Shown: positions 7,718-18,722 of the stretch, piece by piece
How the letters are laid out: each line of letters starts with the position of its first letter
Numbering within the stretch: position 1 is the stretch's first letter
The notes under the pieces: generated by a model
Seen by the model: only the letters and a program-made list of their open reading frames with translations
What the model was told of the DNA's origin: nothing
Databases searched by the model: none
From: Pseudomonadota bacterium
GTDB taxonomy: Bacteria > Pseudomonadota > Alphaproteobacteria > Caulobacterales > Caulobacteraceae
Length of the DNA stretch: 54,398 nt
NCBI GenBank assembly: GCA_023434015.1
Contig: JAEYTM010000341.1
Coordinates: forward strand, 1 to 54,398
Direction: 5' to 3'
Position numbers and translations under genes: made by a program

Positions 7718-9033
7718 TGCGCGACCACCATGGCCTGCGGGAAGAGCTGTTCGAACTGGCCCAGCGCCTGCGGTGAGAGGCTGACGGAAAGGCGCACGGC
7801 TCCATCCTTGCCGTCGTCGCGGTCGACCACCCGGCCGTGGCTGTAGAGCCAGGCTATGGCCGCGCCCTCCCCGGCCGGCGTATGCACATCCACCGGCGGC
7901 GCCTCGTCCACCAGGCCGGCGACCGTGGCCAGCAGCGCCGGACAGCCCTCCCCGCTGACCGCGGACACCGCCACGGCCGGCGGATGGGCCCGGCGGGCGT
8001 CGCCCTCCACGGCCTCGCGGTCCTCGGCCGGCAGGAGGTCGATCTTGTTCCAGACCTCCAGGATCCGGCGCTTGTCCATTTCGACGCCGAGGCGCTCCAG
8101 CACGGCGCGGACGTCCTGCGCCTGGGCCTGGCTCTCATCGCTGGCGATGTCCCGGACGTGCAGGACAACGTCCGCCTCGCGTACCTCTTCCAGGGTGGCG
8201 CGGAAGGCTTCGACGAGCTCGTGCGGCAAGTCGGAGATGAAGCCCACGGTGTCGGACAGGATCGCCGGGCGGCCGTCGGGCAGCTTCAGCATCCGCAGGG
8301 TGGGATCGAGGGTGGCGAACAGCATGTCCTCCGCCATCACCTCGGCTTGGGTGAGGCGGTTGAACAGCGTCGACTTGCCGGCGTTGGTGTAGCCGACGAG
8401 CGCCACCGTCGGGTACGGCACACGCTTGCGGGCTGAGCGCTGAAGCGTGCGGGTGCGGCGCACCTCGGTCAGCTCGCGCTTGAGCTTGCCGATCTTTTCG
8501 GAGATCAGCCGCCGGTCGGTCTCGATCTGGGTTTCGCCGGGACCGCCCATAACCCCGAAGCCGCCGCGCTGGCGCTCCAGATGGGTCCAGGTGCGGACCA
8601 GCCGCGAACGCTCGTAGGACAGCCTTGCCAGTTCGACCTGCAGGCGACCCTCGCGGGTGCGCGCGCGGCGGGCGAAGATCTCCAGGATCAGGCCCGTGCG
8701 ATCGATGACCTTGGCTTGCCAGGCCTTTTCCAGGTTGCGCTGCTGCACGGGCGTCAGGGCGTCGTCGACGACCACGACCGTGGCGTCGAGCCCTTCGGCC
8801 AGCTGGCCGATTTCCTCGACCTTGCCCTTGCCGAACAGGGTCGCCGGCGTGAGCCGGCGCAGCGGCGCGACGAGGCGCTCGGCGATCTCGAGGTCGAGCG
8901 CTAGGGCGAGGCCGACGGCCTCCTCGAGGCGCGCGTCCGCATCGCGGGCGGAGCCGCGGCCTTCACGATCGGGGTGGATGACCAGCGCGCGCTGAACGGG
9001 CGCCCGGCGGTCAACGGATTTGGATGAACTCAA
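7714..9033 (-). CDS. hflX: GTPase HflX
   Basis: [40 protein letters not shown]; downstream of hfq. Confidence 0.97.
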   Translation of the reverse strand: MSSSKSVDRRAPVQRALVIHPDREGRGSARDADARLEEAVGLALALDLEIAERLVAPLRRLTPATLFGKGKVEEIGQLAEGLDATVVVVDDALTPVQQRNLEKAWQAKVIDRTGLILEIFARRARTREGRLQVELARLSYERSRLVRTWTHLERQRGGFGVMGGPGETQIETDRRLISEKIGKLKRELTEVRRTRTLQRSARKRVPYPTVALVGYTNAGKSTLFNRLTQAEVMAEDMLFATLDPTLRMLKLPDGRPAILSDTVGFISDLPHELVEAFRATLEEVREADVVLHVRDIASDESQAQAQDVRAVLERLGVEMDKRRILEVWNKIDLLPAEDREAVEGDARRAHPPAVAVSAVSGEGCPALLATVAGLVDEAPPVDVHTPAGEGAAIAWLYSHGRVVDRDDGKDGAVRLSVSLSPQALGQFEQLFPQAMVVAH

Positions 9034-9275
9034 TCGGCTTCGTCTTCGCCCGGCTCGTACAGCTGCACAGGCTGAGCCGGCATGATGGTGGAGATGGCGT
9101 GCTTGTAGACGAGCTGCGACTGCCCGTCCCTGCGGAGCAGAACGCAGAAATTATCGAACCAGCTCACCACGCCCTGCAGCTTGACGCCGTTGACCAGGAA
9201 AATCGTGAGCGGCGTCTTCGACTTGCGCACGCTGTTGAGGAAGGTGTCCTGCAGGTTCTGTTTCTTGTCGCTCAC
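9030..9275 (-). CDS. hfq: RNA chaperone Hfq
   Basis: [32 protein letters not shown]. Confidence 0.98.
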   Translation of the reverse strand: MSDKKQNLQDTFLNSVRKSKTPLTIFLVNGVKLQGVVSWFDNFCVLLRRDGQSQLVYKHAISTIMPAQPVQLYEPGEDEAD

Positions 9276-9376
9276 GGCTTTCCGCCTCTTGTTCTAGATC
9301 GGACGACCAAGGCGCCGCCCACACACGCCAGTTACGCTAGACCGGGATATGCCCCGCGTCCAATCGCGCCACCACC

Positions 9377-10240
9377 TCAGATGGCCGTCGCCCTCGCCCG
9401 CTCGATATAGAGGCGACGCAGCCGCGTCGCTATGGGCCCCGGAACACCTTTTCCAACCTGACGCCCGTCGATCGCCGTCACCGGCAACACCAGGCTGCCC
9501 GCACCCGTGATGAAGGCTTCGCGTGCCGTAACCGCCTCGTCCGGCGTGAAGGGCCGTTCGTCGACCTGCAGGCCCTCCCCGCGGATTACGTCGAGCAAGG
9601 TGTGGCGCGTAACGCCCCGCAAAATGTTGGCATTGGTGTCGCGAGTGCGAAGGCGTCCTTCCCCATCGACGATCCAGGCATTGGAGGACGCGCCTTCGGT
9701 CACGAAGCCGAGGTCGTCGACGAACCAGGCCTCCGCCGCGTCGGCCTCCCGCGCCTTCTGTTTGGCCAGGGCGTTGGGCAACAGCCCGACCGTCTTGATG
9801 TCGCAACGGCCCCACCGGTTCTCGGGCGTGGTGACAACGGCGACGCCCTGGGCCGCGCGGGCTTCGGTAAGCGCCCTGTCCACGCGGCTGACCGTGATCA
9901 CCACGGCCGGACGGACGGCCGTCTTCGGGAAGGCGTGGTCGCGTGGCGCGACCCCGCGGCTGACCTGCAGATAGAGCAGACCTTCGCGCACGCCATTGCG
10001 GCGCACCGCCTCCTTCAGCACCAGCGTCAGGGCGGTCTGGCTCATCGGCATGGCGATGCGCAGCTCCGAAAGGCTGCGCTCCAGGCGTGCGAAGTGGCCC
10101 TCGGGATCGGCCAGCTTGCCGTCGAAGAGGGCCCAGACCTCGTAGACCGCGTCGGCCAGCTGGTAGCCGCGGTCCTCGATGTGCACGAAGGCTTCGGCGT
10201 GGGGTACGAAGCGGCCGTTGACGTAGGCGATCCGCCCCAT
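9377..10240 (-). CDS. dat: D-amino-acid transaminase (PLP class IV)
   Basis: EDRGYQLADAVYEV, CDIKTVGLLPN, EGASSN, ILRGVTR. Confidence 0.88.
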   Translation of the reverse strand: MGRIAYVNGRFVPHAEAFVHIEDRGYQLADAVYEVWALFDGKLADPEGHFARLERSLSELRIAMPMSQTALTLVLKEAVRRNGVREGLLYLQVSRGVAPRDHAFPKTAVRPAVVITVSRVDRALTEARAAQGVAVVTTPENRWGRCDIKTVGLLPNALAKQKAREADAAEAWFVDDLGFVTEGASSNAWIVDGEGRLRTRDTNANILRGVTRHTLLDVIRGEGLQVDERPFTPDEAVTAREAFITGAGSLVLPVTAIDGRQVGKGVPGPIATRLRRLYIERARATAI

Positions 10241-11631
10241 CAGCCGACCTCTTCTTCCAGCGCCCGCCCGCCGGACAGGCCAAGGGACTTCAGCTTGCGG
10301 TGCAGGGCCGAGCGTTCCATTCCGATGAAGGCGGCGGTGCGCGAGATATTGCCCGAGAAGCGCAGCATCTGTGCGTTGAGGTACTCGCGCTCGAACACTT
10401 CGCGGGCCTCGCGCAGCGGCAGGGCGATGATCCGTTCGGCCCCCAGGGAAGCCGCCTGATCGTTCACGGACGCTTCCGCCGGCAGCATGTCGGCGCTGAT
10501 CGGATCGGTGGGCGAGCCGGAAGCCAGGATCAGCATCCGCTCCACGTTGTTGCGCAGCTGGCGAAGGTTTCCCGGCCAGGCCCGCACCTGTAGCGTGGCC
10601 AAGGCGTCCTGCGCCAGACGTCGGCGCGGCATCCCCGTGGCGTCGCAGATGCGCTCGATGAAGTATTCCAGCAGCTCTGGGATGTCCTCGCGCCGCTCGG
10701 ACAGGCCGGGCACATTCACCGGCACGACGTTCAGGCGATGGAACAGATCCTCCCGGAAGCGGCCCGCGGCGATCTCCTCGCGCAGGTCGCGGGAGGTCGA
10801 GGAGACCACGCGCACATCCACCTGCACGTCGGCGTCGCCGCCGACGCGCCGGAAGCGCTGGTCGACCAGCACGCGCAGGATCCGGCCCTGGGTCTCGCGC
10901 GGCATGTCCGCCACCTCGTCGAGGTAGAGGGTGCCGGAATGGGCGCGTTCGAAGACGCCGATCTTGGCCGGCCGCCCGCCCTCGCCTTCCTGTCCGAACA
11001 GCTCCAGGTCCATGCGTTCGGGGGTCATGCCGGCGGCGCTGATGGCGACGAACTCGTTGCGCGCGCGCGGACTGGCGTCGTGGATCAGGCGCGCGACCGT
11101 CTCCTTGCCCGAGCCGGGCGGGCCGGAGATCAGCACGCGGCTGTTCGCGCCCGCCAGCTTGGTGATCATCTGGCGAAGCTGCTGGGCGGCCACGGACTTG
11201 CCCATCAGGCCTTCGGGCGTGATGGCCTGGGCGCGCAGACGGCGGTTTTCGCGGCGCAGGTTGGTCGCTTCCAGGGCCCGTTCGACGACGAGCAGCAGGC
11301 GGTCGGACTTAAACGGCTTCTCCAGGAACTCGTAGGCCCCACGCTTGATGGCGCTGACCGCGGTCTCGATATTGCCGTGGCCGGAAATCATGATCACCGG
11401 CAGGTCGGGATCGAGGTCGCGGACGAGATCGAGCAGCTCCAGCCCGTCCATTCCCCCGCCGGCCATCCAGATGTCGAGGACCAGCAGGCTCGGCTTGCGG
11501 GCCTTGATGGCCGCGAGGGCCGACTCGGAATCCGTCGCCGTGCGGACGGCGTAGCCTTCGTCCGCCAGTATGCCCGCGACCAGTTCGCGGATATCGGCCT
11601 CGTCATCGACAACAAGTACGTCAGACGCCAT
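10240..11631 (-). CDS. ntrX: Response regulator NtrX (REC-AAA+-Fis HTH)
   Basis: VLDIWM, MISGHGNIETAV, GPPGSGKE, IGMERSALHRKLK; follows ntrY. Confidence 0.95.
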   Translation of the reverse strand: MASDVLVVDDEADIRELVAGILADEGYAVRTATDSESALAAIKARKPSLLVLDIWMAGGGMDGLELLDLVRDLDPDLPVIMISGHGNIETAVSAIKRGAYEFLEKPFKSDRLLLVVERALEATNLRRENRRLRAQAITPEGLMGKSVAAQQLRQMITKLAGANSRVLISGPPGSGKETVARLIHDASPRARNEFVAISAAGMTPERMDLELFGQEGEGGRPAKIGVFERAHSGTLYLDEVADMPRETQGRILRVLVDQRFRRVGGDADVQVDVRVVSSTSRDLREEIAAGRFREDLFHRLNVVPVNVPGLSERREDIPELLEYFIERICDATGMPRRRLAQDALATLQVRAWPGNLRQLRNNVERMLILASGSPTDPISADMLPAEASVNDQAASLGAERIIALPLREAREVFEREYLNAQMLRFSGNISRTAAFIGMERSALHRKLKSLGLSGGRALEEEVG

Positions 11632-11642
11632 CGCCTAGTCCT

Positions 11643-13871
11643 TCACGCCGTCACTGTTTCGGTCGCGGGCTGCGGCCGCACCCGCACGCTTGCGGGCAGA
11701 CGCAGGATGGCCAGCGCGCCCGCGCCGCTGGTCGCATCGGCGAGTTCCAGCTCGCCTCCATGGTCTTCCATGATCCGTTTGACGATCGCTAGGCCCAGGC
11801 CGGTGCCCTTCTCCCGGGTCGTCACATAGGGTTCGGTCAGCCGGTCGCGGTCCTTGGCCGGCAGGCCGACGCCGTTGTCCTCGACCTCGAAGGCGACGCC
11901 GGCCTCGTCGGCCACCAGACGGGCGCGGATGTGGCCGCGATACTTCGGCGATTCCGCACGACGCGCGGCGACAGCTTCCGAAGCGTTCTTCAGCACATTG
12001 GTCAGCGCCTGGCTGAGCATGCGCCCGTCAGCCATCAGCACGATCGGAGGCACCGGCTCGGCCAGCTCGACCTCGATGTCGGGACTGGCGACGCGCTGGG
12101 CGAAGACCGCGGCCCTGATCAGTTCGTCGGCGTCATGCTCCGCGAACTTCGGCGCCGGCATGCGGGCAAAGGCGGAGAACTCGTCGACCATCCGTCCGAT
12201 GTCGCCGACCTGACGGATGATGGTGTCGGTGCAGCGGTCGAACGTCTCGAGTTCGACCTCGGCGATGTCCTTGCGGTATTTCTTGCGCAGGCGCTCGGCC
12301 GACAGCTGGATCGGCGTCAACGGGTTCTTGATCTCGTGGGCGATACGGCGCGCGACGTCCCGCCAAGCGGCGTTCCGCTGGGCGGTGACCAGCCGGGTGA
12401 TGTCGTCGAAGGTCAGCACCAGGCCGCCTTCGCTGCGGCTGGCGCGCACCCGCAACCTGTGCGTGTCGCGGCCACGGGTGACGTCGACCTCATCCTCCGG
12501 TTCCCCGCCCTTCGCCGCCGACGCGGCCAGCACGTCCTCGAACTCCGGCGCCACCTCGATCAGACGCATGCCGCGCCCCTGGTCGCCGGGCAGGTTGAGC
12601 AGCGACGCCGCCTGTCGGTTCGCCGCCGAGATGCGGCCGTCGGCATCGAGGCCAATGACTCCGGCGCTGACCCCCGCGAGCACTGTCTCGATGAACTGCC
12701 GGCGGCTCTCGGCCTCGGTGCTGGCCCGCTTCAGCGCCGCCTGCTGCTCCTGAAGATCGTGGGTCATGCTGTTGAAAGCACGTGACAATACGGCGATTTC
12801 CTCGGGGTCGCTCTCGGCGTCCACCCGGGCGCTGAGATCGCCCCCGGCCACCCGCCCCGCCGCCTGCACCAGCCGCCCGACCGGGGCGGAAATCGCGTTA
12901 GCCGCCCCCAGACCCAGCCACACCGCCCCGACCAGCACCAGCAGGGCGGTCTCCACATAGCTGAGGGCGAAGATGGTCTGAATACGCGCGCGGCTCTGCG
13001 CGGCCTCACGGTAGGAGACCAGCGAGCTTTCGGCCTCGCGCAGGTGGTTGATGATCCCCTTTTCCACCGGCCGGACGACATAGAGATAGACATCCGGATA
13101 GGCGCTCAGCCGGTAGAGCGAGCGCACCAGATCCCCGTTGTCGAAGGCGGCGGTCGGAATGCCGTCCTCGTCGGCGTTTCGGAAGCTGGCGACCGCCGGC
13201 GCGGCGAAGGGGGGAGCGTCAGCGGTTTCGGCGCGGGCCAGCACCCGCCCATCCTCATCGACCAGATAGGCCGCCGGGAAGGCGTGATAGGACGCCAGCG
13301 CCGCCAGGTAGTGGCTGAAGCTGATCGGGCTGCCCTGCAGGAGCGCGGCCTCGCGGTTGAGGTCGGCGCCCATCAGCGGCACGTGGTCGGCGATGTAGCG
13401 GGTCTGGTCGTCCACATAGGACCGCGCCACGGTGGCGGAATTCTCCACCACGGTCTGCACCCTCTGGCTGAACCAGTTCTCCACGCCGCGATTGACCAGC
13501 ACGCCCATGAACAGGGCCACCACCACGGCCGGCACCACGGCGGCGATGGCGAACAGGGTGACGAATCGCAGGTGCAGCCGCGCGCCCGCGTCGCTGGACC
13601 GCGCGTTCAGCAGCGCCATGAACCGCAGGGCGACGATCGCCGTCAGCGCCAGGATCAACACAAGGTTCAGGCCGAGCACGGTCAGCACGAGCTGGCTGGC
13701 CGGTCCTATGGGACCCGTCTCCGGCGGCGAGGCCGCCAGCAGGATCGCGACCCCGGTCAGCACCACGGCGACGCCGTAGCCGACGCCCAGCACCGCGCGC
13801 GACTGCAACGCCCGCCACAGGCGAGCGGTCAGCTCAGTTCCCAGGTGAGGCCGGCCATCCAGAAACGCCAT
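11643..13871 (-). CDS. ntrY: Sensor histidine kinase NtrY (HAMP-PAS-HisKA)
   Basis: Multiple TM segments, [42 protein letters not shown]. Confidence 0.95.
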   Translation of the reverse strand: MAFLDGRPHLGTELTARLWRALQSRAVLGVGYGVAVVLTGVAILLAASPPETGPIGPASQLVLTVLGLNLVLILALTAIVALRFMALLNARSSDAGARLHLRFVTLFAIAAVVPAVVVALFMGVLVNRGVENWFSQRVQTVVENSATVARSYVDDQTRYIADHVPLMGADLNREAALLQGSPISFSHYLAALASYHAFPAAYLVDEDGRVLARAETADAPPFAAPAVASFRNADEDGIPTAAFDNGDLVRSLYRLSAYPDVYLYVVRPVEKGIINHLREAESSLVSYREAAQSRARIQTIFALSYVETALLVLVGAVWLGLGAANAISAPVGRLVQAAGRVAGGDLSARVDAESDPEEIAVLSRAFNSMTHDLQEQQAALKRASTEAESRRQFIETVLAGVSAGVIGLDADGRISAANRQAASLLNLPGDQGRGMRLIEVAPEFEDVLAASAAKGGEPEDEVDVTRGRDTHRLRVRASRSEGGLVLTFDDITRLVTAQRNAAWRDVARRIAHEIKNPLTPIQLSAERLRKKYRKDIAEVELETFDRCTDTIIRQVGDIGRMVDEFSAFARMPAPKFAEHDADELIRAAVFAQRVASPDIEVELAEPVPPIVLMADGRMLSQALTNVLKNASEAVAARRAESPKYRGHIRARLVADEAGVAFEVEDNGVGLPAKDRDRLTEPYVTTREKGTGLGLAIVKRIMEDHGGELELADATSGAGALAILRLPASVRVRPQPATETVTA

Positions 13872-13905
13872 CGCGCCGGGAGCCTAAGGAACTGTGCTCC
13901 AAACT

Positions 13906-13919
13906 CAACAGGGTTGTTG
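13906..13919. promoter_or_regulatory. Palindrome upstream of ntrY, candidate NtrX site
   Basis: CAACA-GGGT-TGTTG, which contains CAA-N5-TTG. Confidence 0.45.
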
Positions 13920-13938
13920 CAGCGGTGCCATTTTGTGA

Positions 13939-15360
13939 TCAGCGCCGGCCGCGGCTCATCTCGACGCCGAGGTCCTGGATCTTCTTGCGCAGGGTGTTGC
14001 GGTTCAGTCCCAGGATCTCCGCCGCGCGCACCTGGTTGCCTCGTGTGGCAGACAGGGTGAGCTGGATCAGGGGGCGCTCGACCTCCTCGAGAACCCGGTC
14101 GTAGAGGCCGGGCGGCGGCAGGCCGTCGGGCTGGTCGGCGAAGTAGCCGGACAGCTTGCGCTCGACGAGCTGGGAGAGGGTCAGCGGCCCCTCCTGCCCT
14201 TCCACCGCCGGCTGCTGATCGGCCAGCTCGCGTTCGATGATGCGGGCGGTGATGAGGTCTTCGGCGTAGAGCGCGCAGATCCGGCGGACCAGATTCTCCA
14301 GCTCGCGCACATTGCCCGGCCAGGCGTGCAGCTTCAGGCGCTCGAGCGCCGCGGCGTCTATGGTCTTTGACGGGAGTCCTTCCCGGTTGGCTCGCAGCAG
14401 AAAGGCGCGCGCCAGGTCCGGGATGTCCTCGGCCCGGTCACGCAGCGGCGGCAGCCGCAGTGGCGCGACGTTCAGACGGAAGAACAGGTCCTCCCGGAAC
14501 AGGTGCTGCTGGATCAGGCCGCGCAGGTCGCGGTTGGTGGCGGCGATGATGCGCACGTTAGGGCGACGGTTGGTTTTGGGGTTCAGGGCCGGCTCGGAGC
14601 CGTCGATCACCCGCAGCAGCCGCGTCTGGGCGTCGAGCGGCATGTCGCCGATCTCGTCGAGGAACAGGGTGCCCCCGTCGGCCTCGACCAACTTTCCGCT
14701 GTCGCCGTCCTCCTTGCCGAATAGTTCGGCCTCGACCCGCTCGCGCGGGACGGCGGCAAGGTTGATGACCACGAACTTGCCGTCGCGACGACGACCCATG
14801 TCGTGAAGCGCGCGCGCGACCAGTTCCTTGCCGGTGCCGGACTCGCCGGTGATCAGCACCGTGAGGTCCGCGCCCACCAGGCGCGCGATCGTCCGATAGA
14901 CGTCCTGCATCGGACCCGAGCGACCGATCAGCGGCAGCCGGTCGTCGCGGCCCGCGCGGGCCTGGGCCTTGGCGGCGTCCGGGTCGGCGGGCCGCGAGAG
15001 CGCCCGCTTCGCCGCGGAGGTCATGTCGTCAAGGTCGAAGGGCTTCGGCACATACTCGAAGGCGCCGACCTCGGCGGCGTTGACCGCCGTCAGCAGGGTG
15101 TTCTGCGCGCTCATGACGATGACCGGCAGCTTGGGCCGCTCCTTGCGGATGCGGGGCAGCACGTCGAAGACGTTCTCGTCCGGCATGACCACGTCCGTGA
15201 CCACGAGGTCACCCTCTCCGTCGGTCACCCACTTCAGCAGGGTCGTGGCGTTGCCGGTCGCGCGGACCTGGTAGCCCAGGCGGGTGAACGCCTGCGACAG
15301 CACCAGCCGGATGGAGGAGTCGTCGTCGGCGATCAGGATTTTCTTGCCGGCAGGGTTCAT
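13939..15360 (-). CDS. ntrC: Nitrogen regulation response regulator NtrC
   Basis: [47 protein letters not shown] loop absent. Confidence 0.95.
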   Translation of the reverse strand: MNPAGKKILIADDDSSIRLVLSQAFTRLGYQVRATGNATTLLKWVTDGEGDLVVTDVVMPDENVFDVLPRIRKERPKLPVIVMSAQNTLLTAVNAAEVGAFEYVPKPFDLDDMTSAAKRALSRPADPDAAKAQARAGRDDRLPLIGRSGPMQDVYRTIARLVGADLTVLITGESGTGKELVARALHDMGRRRDGKFVVINLAAVPRERVEAELFGKEDGDSGKLVEADGGTLFLDEIGDMPLDAQTRLLRVIDGSEPALNPKTNRRPNVRIIAATNRDLRGLIQQHLFREDLFFRLNVAPLRLPPLRDRAEDIPDLARAFLLRANREGLPSKTIDAAALERLKLHAWPGNVRELENLVRRICALYAEDLITARIIERELADQQPAVEGQEGPLTLSQLVERKLSGYFADQPDGLPPPGLYDRVLEEVERPLIQLTLSATRGNQVRAAEILGLNRNTLRKKIQDLGVEMSRGRR

Positions 15361-16475
15361 GCGTAGACGTCCTCGTCGGAAACGATGGGCAGAAGCACCC
15401 GGAAAACGGTGCGGCCGGGCTCGGAATCGAAGTCGATCAGGCCGCCGTGAGCGGCGACCAGCTTGGCGACCAGGGCGAGGCCGAGACCGGCGCCATTGGC
15501 CTTGGTGGTGACGAAGGGTTGGAACAGGTGCTCGCGAAGATGGGCGGGCACGCCGGGGCCGTTATCGATCACCCTCACTTCCAGCGGGGCTCCGCGCAGC
15601 GCCTGGCCTTTGCTGGCCCGCACCCGCACGCCATGGCGGTAGGCGGTGTAGATGCCGATCTCGCCCCGGCCGTCGCCGCGCGAATGGGCCGCCTCGGCGG
15701 CGTTTTTCACGAGGTTCAGGAAAATCTGGATGAGCTGATCCTCGTCCCCGTGCACCGGCGGCAGTGAGGGATCGTACTGCTCGCGCAACGTCAGGCCGTC
15801 GGCGACGCCGTTCGCGGCCAGGGCCCGTACCCGGTCGAGCACCTGGTGAATGTTGATCGGCGTCATGTCCGGCAGAGCGTCGTCGGAGAAGGCCTCCATG
15901 CGGTCGACCAGACGGCGTACCCGATCGGTCTCGTCGACGATCAGTTGGGCCAGCGGCGCGTCCTCGGCCTTGGCGCCCGACTTCAGCAGCTGCGCGGCGC
16001 CGCGGATGCCCGCCAGCGGGTTCTTGATCTCGTGGGCGAGCATGCGGCCGAGGCCGACGATCGAGCGCAGGCCGGCCGCCTCCGCCGGCCCCCGCTCGGC
16101 CCCGAGGCCCAGCTTGACGGTGAGCGTCAGCAGCACCGAGCCGTCCCCGAGCGGTGCGGCGGCGCCGTCCGCCTCGAACGGCGGCAGGCCAAACAGGCTG
16201 ATCTGGACGCCGCGTTCGCGGACCCTGGCGTCCTCCTCCAGCGCCCGGTTGAGCAGCGAGACGAGCGCCGAGCCCGGCGGCAGGGCGGCGCGGAAGCGTC
16301 CCCGCGCCAGCAGGCCGAGCCCCTGGCCGAACAAGGCCTCGGCCGCCTCGTTCACCGCCACCAGCGACCCCTGGGAGTCGACCACCAGCGAAGGGTCGGG
16401 GCTCAGGTCGAAGGCCGCCGCCTTGAGAATGTCCATGTCCGGGCCCGAGGCCCGTGATCTGATTTGGCCGGTCAT
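15357..16475 (-). CDS. ntrB: Histidine kinase NtrB
   Basis: PAS region, [44 protein letters not shown]. Confidence 0.95.
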   Translation of the reverse strand: MTGQIRSRASGPDMDILKAAAFDLSPDPSLVVDSQGSLVAVNEAAEALFGQGLGLLARGRFRAALPPGSALVSLLNRALEEDARVRERGVQISLFGLPPFEADGAAAPLGDGSVLLTLTVKLGLGAERGPAEAAGLRSIVGLGRMLAHEIKNPLAGIRGAAQLLKSGAKAEDAPLAQLIVDETDRVRRLVDRMEAFSDDALPDMTPINIHQVLDRVRALAANGVADGLTLREQYDPSLPPVHGDEDQLIQIFLNLVKNAAEAAHSRGDGRGEIGIYTAYRHGVRVRASKGQALRGAPLEVRVIDNGPGVPAHLREHLFQPFVTTKANGAGLGLALVAKLVAAHGGLIDFDSEPGRTVFRVLLPIVSDEDVYA

Positions 16476-17479
16476 GCCGCCAGCTTCCCTTCAGGATCGA
16501 GCCAGAGCGCCGTCAGGCCGCGCTCGACGGCGGTCGGATCGTCGAGCCGGCACAGCTGGCTGCGGGCCTCGCGCCGGGCGGACGCCTCCGCCGGCCAGGG
16601 AGCCTGCTCGACGTAGGAGGCCAGATGTTTGCGGAAGATCTTCAGCCCCAGGCGGTCGCCGTAGAAGCTGAGGCTGTCGCGGAAATGGTCGAGGGCGATC
16701 GCCAGCCGGGCTTCCGGACCGGGCTCGTCATAGTGGCCATCGGCCAGGTCGGCCTCGATCTGCGCTGCGACCCAAGGCTTTCCATAGACCCCGCGGCCGA
16801 CCATCACCGCGTCCGCGCCGGACGCGCTCAGGGCCTGGCGCGCGCTGGCGCCGTCGACGATGTCGCCATTGACGATGACTGGAATAGATACCGCTGTCTT
16901 CACCGCGCGCACGGCGCTCCAGTCGGCGGCGCCCTTGTAGAACTGGCAGCGCGTGCGGCCATGGACCGTCACCGCCCTCACTCCCAGCGCTTCCGCGCGT
17001 GCGGCGATATCGGGGGCGTTGCGCGAGGCGTCGTCCCATCCCAGGCGCATCTTCACAGTCACTGGGACTTCGACGGCCTCGACCGCGGCGGCCATCAACG
17101 AACTGGCGAGGTCGGGATCACGCATGAGCGCCGAGCCCGACAACTGCCCCGTGACCTCCTTGGCCGGACAGCCGAAGTTCAGGTCGATGATCTGTGCGCC
17201 GGCGGCGGCGGCGAGGCGCGCGCCCTCGGCGATGTGGGCCGGCTCGCGTCCGACCAGTTGTACGACCATCAACGGCAGCCCCTCGCCCACCGCCGCGCGT
17301 CGCACGACGTCCGGCCGCCCGCGGGAGAACTCGGCGCAGGCCACCATTTCCGTCGCCACATAGCCTGCCCCCAGGCGGCTGGCCGCCCGGCGGAACGGAA
17401 GATCGGACACGCCGGTCATCGGCGCGATCCACGCCCGTCCCTGAATTGCGACGCCCCCAAGCTCGACTGCGATGCTCAT
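16472..17479 (-). CDS. dusB: tRNA-dihydrouridine synthase DusB (NifR3)
   Basis: APMTGVSDLPFR, IDLNFGCPAK, TVHGRTR, NGDI; heads the ntrBC operon. Confidence 0.94.
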   Translation of the reverse strand: MSIAVELGGVAIQGRAWIAPMTGVSDLPFRRAASRLGAGYVATEMVACAEFSRGRPDVVRRAAVGEGLPLMVVQLVGREPAHIAEGARLAAAAGAQIIDLNFGCPAKEVTGQLSGSALMRDPDLASSLMAAAVEAVEVPVTVKMRLGWDDASRNAPDIAARAEALGVRAVTVHGRTRCQFYKGAADWSAVRAVKTAVSIPVIVNGDIVDGASARQALSASGADAVMVGRGVYGKPWVAAQIEADLADGHYDEPGPEARLAIALDHFRDSLSFYGDRLGLKIFRKHLASYVEQAPWPAEASARREARSQLCRLDDPTAVERGLTALWLDPEGKLAA

Positions 17480-17569
17480 TTTCTACTCATCCCCACCGAT
17501 GACTTTTTAGGCAAATTGTGCGGCGCAGTAAAGCTGGAAGAACCCACCCCCACGGATTAAACACCGGCT

Positions 17570-18715
17570 ATGAGCTTTTCCGCGGTTGTCGTTGCGGCCG
17601 GCTCCGGTCTGCGGGCCGGACCCGGCGAGCCCAAGGCCTGGCGCACGCTCGGTTCCCGTCCGCTGGTACGCTGGTCCGTCGAGGGACTGCTCTGCGCGGG
17701 CGCGACAGAGATCGTGGTGGTGGTCGCGAGCGATCGTCTCGACCAGGTGGACGAGGCGCTGAAAGGCCTTCACGGCTGGCGCGCCGTCACCGGCGGCTCG
17801 ACCCGCGCGGATTCCGTGCAGGCTGGCCTCGCGGCCCTCAGCGCCGGCCGCACCCAGCCCGTTCTGGTGCACGACGCGGCCCGACCTTTCGTGACCAGAG
17901 CGCATGTCGAGCGGCTGCTCGCGGCCCTGGACCTCGCCGACGGTGCTGTTCCCGCCCTGCCCGTCCCGGATACGCTCAAACGCGGCGATGGCCTGATCGA
18001 CGAGACGGTTTCTCGCGAGGGCCTGTGGCGCGCCCAGACCCCGCAGGCCTTCCGTTTCGGCCGGCTCAAGGCCGCTTATCGCCGTTGGCCCTCGGGGGAG
18101 GAGCCGACCGACGACGCCGCCGTGGTCGAGCGCGCGGGCGGCCGCGTCGCCATGGTTCCCGGCGATCCGAAGCTGATGAAGCTGACCTACCCGGAGGACT
18201 TCCTGATGGCCGAGGTGCTGGCCGGATCGCAGCGTGTGTCGCGCGTCGGCCTGGGCGTCGACGCCCACCGGTTCGGTCCGGGAGACGTCGTGTGGCTGTG
18301 CGGCATCCGCATCGAGCACGACCTTGGCCTGATTGGTCATTCGGACGCCGACTGCGGCCTGCACGCCCTGACGGACGCGGTGCTCGGCGCCATCGGCGAT
18401 GGCGACATCGGCGAACATTTCCCGCCGACCGATCCCCGGTGGAAGGGCGCCTCCTCCGACCAGTTCCTCCGGCATGCGGTCGAGCGCGTGGCGGCCCGCG
18501 GCGGCCAGATCGTCAACGCCGACGTCACCCTGATCTGCGAGCGGCCGAAGATCCGCCCGCACCGAGATGCGATGCGCGCCCGCATCGCCGAACTTCTGGG
18601 CCTTCCTGTCGACCGGGTCAGCGTCAAGGCGACGACGACCGAGCGCATGGGCTTTACGGGCCGCGAGGAAGGCCTCGCCGCCCAGGCCGTAGTGACGGTG
18701 CTGGAGCCGTTCTAG
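17570..18715 (+). CDS. ispDF: Bifunctional IspD/IspF
   Basis: AAGSGLR, VHDAARPF, AQTPQAF; GVDAHRF, GHSDAD, DIGEHFPP, KATTTE. Confidence 0.96.
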   Translation: MSFSAVVVAAGSGLRAGPGEPKAWRTLGSRPLVRWSVEGLLCAGATEIVVVVASDRLDQVDEALKGLHGWRAVTGGSTRADSVQAGLAALSAGRTQPVLVHDAARPFVTRAHVERLLAALDLADGAVPALPVPDTLKRGDGLIDETVSREGLWRAQTPQAFRFGRLKAAYRRWPSGEEPTDDAAVVERAGGRVAMVPGDPKLMKLTYPEDFLMAEVLAGSQRVSRVGLGVDAHRFGPGDVVWLCGIRIEHDLGLIGHSDADCGLHALTDAVLGAIGDGDIGEHFPPTDPRWKGASSDQFLRHAVERVAARGGQIVNADVTLICERPKIRPHRDAMRARIAELLGLPVDRVSVKATTTERMGFTGREEGLAAQAVVTVLEPF

Positions 18716-18722
18716 CGACCCA

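Noticed and set aside
13915..13931. TGGCAC..TGCA on the minus strand as a sigma54 promoter for ntrY
   Set aside because: GG-to-GC spacing is too short for the strict -24/-12 geometry
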